From positions 4,800,001-4,864,000 of the forward strand of contig CBDETK010000013.1 of the NCBI GenBank assembly GCA_965242865.1: a stretch of DNA of 64,000 nt, read 5' to 3'. A program made the translations under genes and the position numbers. The notes beneath the pieces are model-generated. The model was not told the DNA's origin. It was given only the letters and a program-made list of their open reading frames with translations, and made no database searches. The DNA comes from Candidatus Latescibacterota bacterium. Lineage in GTDB: Bacteria > Latescibacterota > UBA2968 > UBA8231. Of the stretch, positions 56,196 through 64,000 are shown one piece after another; position 1 is the stretch's first letter; every line of letters begins with the position of its first letter.

Positions 56196-57398
56196 TCAGA
56201 GCTCCTCGTCGTCCAAGACCGCCACCCCGGGCAAGACCCGCCCGCTCATGCACTCCAGCGAAGCCCCGCCCCCCGTAGAGATGTGGGTCATCGCTGGCGC
56301 CAAGCCGGCTTGGGCGATGGCCGCGGCCGTATCCCCCCCGCCAATAATGCTCAACGCGCCCGCGCTGGTGGCGGCCGCTAGGGCTTGAGCGACCTGTTGG
56401 GTCCCCTCCGCAAAGGGCGTCATCTCGCACACGCCGAGGGGGCCGTTCCACACGATGGTGCCGCCGCGGGCGATTTGGTCGGCATAGCACTGCCGGGTCT
56501 GGGGGCCGATGTCCATGCCCTGCCAACTGGGCGGTATGGCGTCGCGGACCACGACTTGCGCTCGGGCGTCGGCCGCAAAGCGGTCGGCCACCACGCAATC
56601 AACCGGCAGCCGGAGCTCCAACCCCTCGCGTTCGACTTGGGTCAACAACTGCCGGGCCGTATCTAGGCGGTCCGCTTCGAGCAGGGAATCCCCGATTTCT
56701 AGCCCCAGGGCCTTAAAAAAGGTATAGGCCATGCCGCCGCCGATGAGCAGGGCATCCACGCGGTTGAGCAAGTGCTCAATCAGCTCGATCTTGCCCGAAA
56801 TCTTGGCCCCGCCCAAAACCGCGGTAAAGGGCCGTTGCGGCCGGCGCAGTGCCTCGTCGAGATAGGAAATCTCCCGCTCCATCAGCAGGCCGCTGGCCCC
56901 CGCGCCCAGCCAGCGCGGCACCCCCTCGGTCGAAGCGTGGGCCCGGTGCGCGGCCCCAAAAGCGTCGTTGACGTACGCGTCGCCGAGTGCGGCCAAGTGC
57001 TGGGCAAAAGTCGGTTCGTTTTGCTCCTCTTGCGGGTGGAAGCGCACGTTTTCTAAGAGCAGGACCTGCCCCGGCTGCAGGGCCGCGGCTTGGGCCGCAA
57101 CCTCGGCCCCCACGCAGTCTGGGGCCAAGGCCACCGCGCGCTTCAACAACTGACTCAGACGCTCGGCTATCGGGGCCAGCGATAGCGCGGGCACTCGCTG
57201 GCCCCGAGGACGGCCCAAGTGCGACATGAGCAGTACAGAGGCCCCCTGCGCCAATAAGTGCTCGATGGTTGGCAGGGCGGCGCGAATTCGCGTGTCGTCG
57301 ACAATCTGGCCGGCCGGGTCGAGCGGCACGTTGAAATCCACTCGCACCAGCACCCGCTTGCCAGCGATGTCGAGGTTCCTGATGGTGCGCTTGGCCAT
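56196..57398 (-). CDS. pgk: Phosphoglycerate kinase
   Basis: RVDFNVP, SHLGRP, DAFGAAHRAHAS, STGGGASLE. Confidence 0.98.
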   Translation of the reverse strand: MAKRTIRNLDIAGKRVLVRVDFNVPLDPAGQIVDDTRIRAALPTIEHLLAQGASVLLMSHLGRPRGQRVPALSLAPIAERLSQLLKRAVALAPDCVGAEVAAQAAALQPGQVLLLENVRFHPQEEQNEPTFAQHLAALGDAYVNDAFGAAHRAHASTEGVPRWLGAGASGLLMEREISYLDEALRRPQRPFTAVLGGAKISGKIELIEHLLNRVDALLIGGGMAYTFFKALGLEIGDSLLEADRLDTARQLLTQVEREGLELRLPVDCVVADRFAADARAQVVVRDAIPPSWQGMDIGPQTRQCYADQIARGGTIVWNGPLGVCEMTPFAEGTQQVAQALAAATSAGALSIIGGGDTAAAIAQAGLAPAMTHISTGGGASLECMSGRVLPGVAVLDDEEL

Positions 57399-57402
57399 GG
57401 AT

Positions 57403-58455
57403 TTAACCGAAGAATACCGTGGCGAGGTCGTACAGCTCTTGGTCGACCACCTTGATCTGATCGACCGCCTCGGCCAGTGGGATCGCCACGATTTCGTTGC
57501 CTTGCAGGCTCACCATCTTGCCGAAGTCGCCAGCGTGAACCAAGTCGATGGCGGCAATGCCAAAGCGCGTACCCAAAACCCGGTCGAAGGCCGTGGGCGT
57601 TCCGCCGCGCTGCAAGTGCCCCAGCACCGTGACCCGGGTCTCGTAGCTCGTCGCCTGCTCCACTGCGTTGGCGACGAGCTGGCCGATGCCGCCCAGCTTG
57701 ACGTGGCCGAACTCGTCGCGCCCCCCTTCGGAGACCACGTATTCGTCCGCCCCGCCTTCCTCGGAGACGAGCTGGGCCCCCTCAGCCACGACCACGATCG
57801 AAAAGTCCTTGCCGCGCTCGTGTCGCTTGCGGATGGTGCTGACCACTTCCTCAATGGTGTATTTCTGCTCGGGGATGAGAATCATGTCGGCGCCCCCGGC
57901 CAAGCCCGCGTGCAGGGCGATCCAACCGCTATGCCGGCCCATGACCTCGACGACCATCACTCGATTGTGCGATTCGGCCGTGGTGTGAATTCGGTCGATG
58001 GCCTCGGTGACGATGTTGACGGCCGTGTCAAAGCCAAACGTGTAGTCCGTGCCGCTCAGGTCGTTGTCGATGGTCTTGGGCACTCCCACGACCGGGACGC
58101 CCAAGCTCGCGAGCTTGTTGGTCACCCCCAGCGTGTCCTCGCCGCCGATGGCCACGAGCGCGTCCAACTTCATCCGCCGCATGTTATCGACGACAATTTC
58201 GCCGCCGTCTTCTTGTTTGAACGGGTTGGTGCGCGATGTGCCGAGGATGGTGCCGCCCTTGGGCAAAATGCCAGAAATCTCTCCCAGTCCCAAGGGATCC
58301 CAGTCGCACTCCATCATCCCTTTCCAGCCCTTGAGAATGCCGCGAAAGCGGTATCGGTATGCGGTAATGCCCTTGCGCACCACAGCGCGAATGACGGCGT
58401 TGAGGCCCGGACAATCGCCGCCGCCGGTCAATATGCCGATCGTCTTTTCGGCCAT
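57403..58455 (-). CDS. pfkA: 6-phosphofructokinase (PfkA family, D/K signature)
   Basis: TGGGDCPGLNA, GGEDT, PKTIDND, EVMGR, LGHLQRGG. Confidence 0.95.
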   Translation of the reverse strand: MAEKTIGILTGGGDCPGLNAVIRAVVRKGITAYRYRFRGILKGWKGMMECDWDPLGLGEISGILPKGGTILGTSRTNPFKQEDGGEIVVDNMRRMKLDALVAIGGEDTLGVTNKLASLGVPVVGVPKTIDNDLSGTDYTFGFDTAVNIVTEAIDRIHTTAESHNRVMVVEVMGRHSGWIALHAGLAGGADMILIPEQKYTIEEVVSTIRKRHERGKDFSIVVVAEGAQLVSEEGGADEYVVSEGGRDEFGHVKLGGIGQLVANAVEQATSYETRVTVLGHLQRGGTPTAFDRVLGTRFGIAAIDLVHAGDFGKMVSLQGNEIVAIPLAEAVDQIKVVDQELYDLATVFFG

Positions 58456-58544
58456 ATTTGGACTCCTTGGCTCGTGGCCAACGCTGATTGCAGCTTGAAG
58501 TATGGGGGGGTTCAAAGAGGGCTAAATGTAGGTGCTTATTATAA

Positions 58545-59213
58545 TTAGGTCAATAGATCGCCCGCGCCCGAGCGCGCCAAGACAACAGCCCATAAGCGGT
58601 TGTCGCCCACGGCGTGGGCACAAGCCGCCATGGTCTCACCGGTCGTCCACACGTCGTCCACTAGCCCGATGCGGGCGTTGGCGGGCGGCGCGGTCAGGCG
58701 GGCAAACGCACCGCAGAGGTTGGCGCGGCGTTCCTCGGCCGACAGGAGGGCTTGCTGCCGAGTATTCCGCTGCCGGCGCACGATCCCGTGGTACACGGGA
58801 ATGCCGAGGGCAACGCCCAACCCCGCGGCGATTTCCGCGCTCTGGTTGAACCCGCGCTCCCGCAACCGGGCCGGGTGCAAGGGCACGGGCACCAAGCAAT
58901 CGAGCGGAGCGAGTTGCTCGGCCAAGCACTGCCCCATGCGCTCGCCCAACGCCCGCCCGAGCCGCGCTTGGTTGTGAAATTTGAGCGCGTAAATGGCCTG
59001 TTGCAGCGCGCCGGTGAACGGCCCCAACGCGACGACCTGTTCAAACGCGCGGCCGCCGGCCTCGGCGCGAGGCTGCGGAGGGTGCGGCTCAATCGCCGCC
59101 CAGCACGACCGACAGAGCAGGGCCGCGGCCTCGATGTCCGCTTGGCAAACCGCGCAGTGCGGCGGATAGGCAAAGTCCAACAGGGCGCGGCCCCACGTCC
59201 GTAGTGTTTCCAT
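58545..59213 (-). CDS. comF: ComF family double zinc ribbon phosphoribosyltransferase-like protein
   Basis: PPHCAVC..LCRSC, PVPLH..R.RERGFNQ, LVDDVWTTG. Confidence 0.9.
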   Translation of the reverse strand: METLRTWGRALLDFAYPPHCAVCQADIEAAALLCRSCWAAIEPHPPQPRAEAGGRAFEQVVALGPFTGALQQAIYALKFHNQARLGRALGERMGQCLAEQLAPLDCLVPVPLHPARLRERGFNQSAEIAAGLGVALGIPVYHGIVRRQRNTRQQALLSAEERRANLCGAFARLTAPPANARIGLVDDVWTTGETMAACAHAVGDNRLWAVVLARSGAGDLLT

Positions 59214-59369
59214 TTTGCCCGCTCTCGTTACCCAAAGACTACGCTCTGGGCAGCCTGCCTGCATTGCGTATAACCCAGAAAAAAACGTGCCAAACCAACT
59301 TGCCATCGTTTGTTCCTTTTTCGTATTTCCACCCAACTCACACTCCCAACACCCAACAGAGGATCGATT

Positions 59370-62258
59370 ATGTCCCTCCGGTACGCACTCGTCTTTCTCG
59401 CCTTGGCCGAGGCCCTGCCTGCGGAATACAACCTGCTGCACGGCCCCGACCCCCAAGACCCCATGCAGGCCCACATCTACCAACTCGACAACGGCCTGAC
59501 GATTTACTTGACCTCAAACAAAGAGGAGCCGCGCTTTTACGCGGAAATCGCCGTGCGCGCCGGTTCCAAGCACGACCCCCAAGACGCCACCGGCATTGCC
59601 CATTATCTGGAGCACATGCTGTTCAAGGGCAGCCAAAAAATCGGCACCCTCGACTACGAACAGGAGAAGGTTCACCTCGACCGGATCGAGGTGCTCTACG
59701 AGCAGCACTTTGGCGAGACCGACCCAGAAAAAAGGGCCGCGATCTACGCGCAGATCAACGCCGAGAACCAACGGGCCGCGGCCTACGCCATCCCCAATGA
59801 ACTCGATCGCCTCTACACCGCAATGGGCGAGCGCGGGCTCAACGCCCACACTTGGGTCGAGGAAACCGTCTATAAGGTGGAACTGCCCGCCAATCGCCTC
59901 GCGCACTGGGCCAAGACCGAGGCCGAGCGCTTTCACAAGCCCGTGTTCCGCCTCTTCCAAACCGAGTTAGAAACCGTCTATGAAGAGAAAAACCGCGCCC
60001 TCGACAACAAGGGCCGCGTCATCCGCCAAGCCGTGCAGGAGCAGCTCTACAAAGTCCATCCCTATCGCGTCACCACGCTGGGCACGGTAGAACACCTGAA
60101 AAACCCCTCGCTAAAGCGCATGTACGAATTCTACCACGCGTACTACGTGCCCAACAACATGGCGATCTTCATCTCCGGCGACATCGACCTCGACGCGACC
60201 ATCCAGCTCCTCGATCGCGAATTTTCCCTTTGGCAGCGCAGCGAGCTGCCGCCATTTCCCGCGTACCAAGAGCCGCCCCTCAGCGAAGTGGAGCGAGTCG
60301 AGGTCCAGTACCCCGGCGAGGAATACGTGCTGTTGGCCTTTCGCACGGCCGCGCGCACGCACGAGGACGCCGAGGCCCTGCAAATCCTCGATATGATCCT
60401 CGACAACGCCACGGCCGGGCTGATCAACCTCAATCTCAATCAGCAGCAGAAGGTGCGCGAAGCCGGCTCCTATCCCTATCTACTCAACGACTACGGCGCC
60501 CAGTACTTGTGGGGCATCCCCAAGCAGGGCCAGACCCTCGAGGAAGTCGAAGCCCTGCTCTTGGAGCAAATCGACCGGATCAAGGCGGGGCAATTCGAGG
60601 ACTGGATCATCCCGGCCATTGTCACTGATTTCAAAAAGAGCGTAAAGCAAGGGCAGGAAAGCAACGGCTCCCGGGTCGGCTTTATGCGCGATTCATTCCT
60701 CGGGTTTGAGGAATGGAGCCACGCGGTGCGCGCCCTCGACCGCATGGCCGCCATCGAGAAGCAAGACATTGTCGCCGTCGCCAATACCTATTTCAACGGA
60801 GGGTATGTCGCCGGCTACCGCCGCGATGGCGAGCAAGACATACCCGAGATTGACAAGCCGCCCCTTGACAAAATCGACATCGACGCCTCGCGTCAATCGG
60901 CCTTTTTTGCCGAGGTCATGGCCATGCCCTTTGCGGAGATTGAGCCGATCTATCTCGTGCCCGAGCGCGACTTTACCACCCGCGAGTTGGCGGGCGGCAA
61001 CCCGCTCTACTACGCCCGCAACCCGCTCAACGACCTGTTCAACTTTTCCATTGCGATCGACCTCGGCTCCCTAACCGAAAATCGCTTACCCATAGCCCGC
61101 GAGCTGCTCGACAAGTCCGGGACGGCGCGCTTTACGGCCGAAGCCCTGAAAAAGGAGTGGTACAAGTTGGGCACCGACTTTAGGATGAGCGTCGGCCACC
61201 AAGAGACCACGATTTCCATTTCGGGCCTCGACGACCACTTTGCCGCGTCGCTGGCCTTGTTGTCCGAGCTGATGCGCGGCCCGACCACGGACGACGCCAC
61301 GCTCGCCGAGCTTCAGGCCATCCTCATCGCTCGCCGCGACGACGCGCTCAAGGACCACCGCACCATCCACGAAGCCCTCTACCGCTACCACCGCTTAGGC
61401 GATCTGGCGTACTACCGCCGGGTGTTGTCCAACGAGGAAGTCCGGGCTTTGGGGCGTCAAGAGCTCATCGACCTACTCAGCGGCTTGCTCTCCTATCGCC
61501 AGACCCTCAGCTACACGGGGTCGAAAACCATCGAGGAAGTGCAAGCCATCCTCGCCCAGCACTATTCATTGCCCACCGCGCCGGTCGAGCCGCCGCCCTA
61601 TCGGGTCCTAGCGTTTACCCAGCCCGAAAAAACCCAGATTTACTTTTTTGACAAGGAAATGGCCCAAGCCCTCGTGCGGATCGAGTACGTGGACGTGCCC
61701 TACCAAGCAGCGCTCGAGCCCGCCGTTGAGCTGTTCAACGACTACTTCTACGGCGGCATGGCCGGCATTGTGTTCCAAGAAATTCGCGAAGCGCGTGCCC
61801 TCGCCTACTCGGTGGGTGCGCTCTACTTCAACGGCCACGACCGAGCCGATTACAACTACATGGTCGGCGGCATGGGCACGCAAGCCGACAAGACGCCCGA
61901 AGCGGTTGCGGCCTTCGTCGGCTTGCTCGACGACATACCCGCTTCGCCCGAGCGCTTTGCCGCGGCCCAGCTTTCCGTGCTCAACAAGTACCGCACGGAA
62001 CGGCTCGGGTTCCGCTCGGTGCTGGGGGCTGTGCGCGGCTGGGAGCGCAAGGGGCTGGCCGGCGACCCGCGCGCCGGGCGCTTTGAGCAGATCCAAGCGA
62101 GCAACCTCGACGAGGTGCTCAAATTCTACCGCCAGCACGTCCAAGGCCGCCCCAAGCTGATTTCGATCACGGGCGACAAGCGCAAAATGGACTTAGAGGC
62201 CCTAGCCGCACAGGGCGAGATCATCGAGTTGGGCTTGGAGGACCTGTTCGCCTTCTGA
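59370..62258 (+). CDS. M16 (insulinase family) zinc peptidase, secreted
   Basis: GIAHYLEHMLFKG, LNAHT, YVPNNM, EIRE.RALAYS. Confidence 0.93.
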   Translation: MSLRYALVFLALAEALPAEYNLLHGPDPQDPMQAHIYQLDNGLTIYLTSNKEEPRFYAEIAVRAGSKHDPQDATGIAHYLEHMLFKGSQKIGTLDYEQEKVHLDRIEVLYEQHFGETDPEKRAAIYAQINAENQRAAAYAIPNELDRLYTAMGERGLNAHTWVEETVYKVELPANRLAHWAKTEAERFHKPVFRLFQTELETVYEEKNRALDNKGRVIRQAVQEQLYKVHPYRVTTLGTVEHLKNPSLKRMYEFYHAYYVPNNMAIFISGDIDLDATIQLLDREFSLWQRSELPPFPAYQEPPLSEVERVEVQYPGEEYVLLAFRTAARTHEDAEALQILDMILDNATAGLINLNLNQQQKVREAGSYPYLLNDYGAQYLWGIPKQGQTLEEVEALLLEQIDRIKAGQFEDWIIPAIVTDFKKSVKQGQESNGSRVGFMRDSFLGFEEWSHAVRALDRMAAIEKQDIVAVANTYFNGGYVAGYRRDGEQDIPEIDKPPLDKIDIDASRQSAFFAEVMAMPFAEIEPIYLVPERDFTTRELAGGNPLYYARNPLNDLFNFSIAIDLGSLTENRLPIARELLDKSGTARFTAEALKKEWYKLGTDFRMSVGHQETTISISGLDDHFAASLALLSELMRGPTTDDATLAELQAILIARRDDALKDHRTIHEALYRYHRLGDLAYYRRVLSNEEVRALGRQELIDLLSGLLSYRQTLSYTGSKTIEEVQAILAQHYSLPTAPVEPPPYRVLAFTQPEKTQIYFFDKEMAQALVRIEYVDVPYQAALEPAVELFNDYFYGGMAGIVFQEIREARALAYSVGALYFNGHDRADYNYMVGGMGTQADKTPEAVAAFVGLLDDIPASPERFAAAQLSVLNKYRTERLGFRSVLGAVRGWERKGLAGDPRAGRFEQIQASNLDEVLKFYRQHVQGRPKLISITGDKRKMDLEALAAQGEIIELGLEDLFAF

Positions 62259-62264
62259 GTCCTA

Positions 62265-62293
62265 TTGACAAAGCTCGCCCCGCCGCCTAGCTT
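62265..62293 (+). promoter_or_regulatory. Sigma70 promoter of tRNA-Met
   Basis: TTGACA-17 bp-TAGCTT. Confidence 0.7.
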
Positions 62294-62308
62294 GTACAGC
62301 GCGTTTTT

Positions 62309-62385
62309 GGCGGCGTAGCTCAGTTGGTTAGAGCAGTGGAATCATAATCCATGGGTCGGGGGTTCGAGTCCCTTCGCCGCTACCA
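62309..62385 (+). tRNA. tRNA-Met(CAT), probably elongator
   Basis: GGCGGCG acceptor stem, AGTTGGTTAGA, anticodon CAT, GGTTCGAGTC, CCA. Confidence 0.93.
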
Positions 62386-62390
62386 TTTCC

Positions 62391-62436
62391 ACAGCAAAAG
62401 GCACTTGCGATCGCGATCGCAAGTGCCTTTTGCTGT
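62391..62436. terminator. Bidirectional terminator (perfect 46-bp palindrome)
   Basis: ACAGCAAAAGGCACTTGCGATCGCGATCGCAAGTGCCTTTTGCTGT. Confidence 0.85.
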
Positions 62437-62457
62437 GCCGGGCCTCCAGTGGCTGTC

Positions 62458-64000
62458 TCAAAACTCCGCGAGAACCGCCACCACCTCAAGGCGCGCATTC
62501 CCGTCGTCAAAACGGTAGGCGTAGCGCATGCCCATATCGAGGGGGATCGGCAGCGAAAAAAGGTGGAAATTCATCGTCAACTCGGCCCCGGCCGCTTGGT
62601 AGATTGCCGGGGGCTGGGCGTCGTCCTCGCCGCGCCCGTAGTCGTAAAAGAGGTTGGCCTTGACGCGCTTGAGATAAAACAAGGCCCCCAAGTTCCAGTC
62701 CGGGTAAAACAGCGGCAGCCCATAGTTGACCGCCCCTTGGTAGAAGCGGCCATGGAACTCGTAGCCGTAGCCGCGGACAAAGGGCTGTTCGCTGGCAAAG
62801 CGGTAGGGCTGGGCTTCAGCCGGGTCCTGCCACTCGGAGGCACCCACCAAGCGCACGCTGTGGTGGACCGCCAGCCCGGGGACGAGCAACTCCAAGCGCC
62901 CCGACAGCAAGGCACCGTCGTAATCGCCCGCCAAGGGCGTGTGGCGGTAGGTCAGTTGCAGGCTCTGGCCCCACGCCGGCGCCAGATCGCGCACGGCCGA
63001 CGGCCGCCACCGCTGAAAGGTTAGCTGGTACGTCAGCGGCGCAAAGCGGCCGTTGTGGTTTTTTGTAAACACATCTTTTACGGCTTGGTTCGCGCTGCTC
63101 GAATCGGGCCAGTAGAGGTCGTCCGCGGGCCGGTTGAGCTCGTTCCTACCGGCGATATCGGTCCATTCGGCCTTCGCGCTCAAATGGGCAGCAGCCCGAT
63201 AGGGGCCGCGCGAAAAATCCAACGGCAGTTCGACGCCGCCGCGCAGGCTTTTTTCCGTCCACTGGTCCGTTCTTTCTCGTTCTTGGACCGCGAGGCGACC
63301 GTCTTTGGCTGCTCTCGTTTTGACCGCGTAGTCTTCGGCCCGCTCGCCCCAGCGCCCGCCCACGCTGAAGACGGGATACCACGCCGCCACGCTGAAATCG
63401 CCTAACACACTGAAGGCGCGCTCGTTGCTGTTGTATTCGACCCCGCCGCGCAGGCTGCTGAGCTCGAGCAAGTCGCTGGACAGGAGACTGAGGCCATAGC
63501 GCGGCGCAACGGGCGAGAGCGACCAGCTATGGACCTTGAGCAGATGCGGTCGATAGCGGCTCACCGGGTAAGCCCGCTGCGGAATGTCCGCCAATACGGG
63601 GCCGCCCTGCTCTTGGTCGATCAGGGGTTCGTAGTAGCGCACTGGGCGGTCGGCAACCTGCTCGACCGGGGTCCAAGTCGCCGGGTCCAAAGCCATGACC
63701 GCGATGCGGTAGCCATCCACGGTGTATTCCTCGAACCACAGCGAATCGCCGGCCACGGCCGCGTGAGCAGCCGCCAGCGGCCGAGCGGTCACCGCGTAGC
63801 GGGCCGCGCTGGGCAGGTGAACGGCGTGGATGTTGTCGATGCCGGCATGCGGCGCGTCGAACAGCAGGTACGAACCCCAGAAGACCGGCCAGCCAATATC
63901 GGCGTGGGTGGGCGGCAACACGATTTCCCCACTGCCATCGGCCGCGGCAATGCGTTCGAGCGCGTTGCCGCGGCCGTCCTGCCGCACCACAGCGATGTGA
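62458..64000 (-). CDS. TolB-like propeller plus outer-membrane beta-barrel protein (5' end outside the window)
   Basis: Amphipathic beta-strands, VRGY, terminal Phe. Confidence 0.75.
   Translation of the reverse strand, partial: HIAVVRQDGRGNALERIAAADGSGEIVLPPTHADIGWPVFWGSYLLFDAPHAGIDNIHAVHLPSAARYAVTARPLAAAHAAVAGDSLWFEEYTVDGYRIAVMALDPATWTPVEQVADRPVRYYEPLIDQEQGGPVLADIPQRAYPVSRYRPHLLKVHSWSLSPVAPRYGLSLLSSDLLELSSLRGGVEYNSNERAFSVLGDFSVAAWYPVFSVGGRWGERAEDYAVKTRAAKDGRLAVQERERTDQWTEKSLRGGVELPLDFSRGPYRAAAHLSAKAEWTDIAGRNELNRPADDLYWPDSSSANQAVKDVFTKNHNGRFAPLTYQLTFQRWRPSAVRDLAPAWGQSLQLTYRHTPLAGDYDGALLSGRLELLVPGLAVHHSVRLVGASEWQDPAEAQPYRFASEQPFVRGYGYEFHGRFYQGAVNYGLPLFYPDWNLGALFYLKRVKANLFYDYGRGEDDAQPPAIYQAAGAELTMNFHLFSLPIPLDMGMRYAYRFDDGNARLEVVAVLAEF

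Noticed and set aside
54931-62385. tRNA genes as island integration sites
   Set aside because: I saw no integrase or duplicated tRNA 3' end; the flanks are core genes.

Overview
GC-rich bacterial chromosome segment. It most plausibly comes from a host-associated (sponge-symbiont-like) FCB-group lineage such as Latescibacterota; this is inferred from 'TSVE..SWG.VK' C-terminal tags, FlgD/T9SS-like C-terminal domains and ankyrin, LRR and YWTD repeat proteins. From left to right it holds: the distal end of a CRISPR array (37-bp repeat, 38-41-nt spacers, no cas genes in view) fused to a truncated penicillin-acylase gene; a scrambled duplication relic; a secreted-protein/metalloprotease unit next to a NarL-type two-component system; mocA and a coxG-S-L-M-like molybdoenzyme operon; a decayed island (SLATT-like micro-operon, AbiEii-like TA, mnmG tail, two IS5 elements, helicase fragments, alpha-carbonic anhydrase, LRR-YWTD protein); polysaccharide genes; Rpn, sixA, ptsN and a BatA-domain gene; a small ART-like toxin pair; rimO; a pair of dynamin-like GTPases, one fused to a variable ankyrin array; IS982, HigB and R-M remnants; a SNF2-SWIM helicase; an apparently intact Dcm plus nuclease R-M pair; and core genes (map, dnaE, tRNA-Leu, secG-tpiA-pgk-pfk, comF, M16 peptidase, tRNA-Met). 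The best candidates for new biology are the dynamin pair with a DARPin-like ankyrin module, a CRISPR-unit-sized duplication plus insert suggesting ectopic spacer integration, the ART-like two-gene module and the SLATT micro-operon. All calls come from motif recognition by eye; no searches were run.
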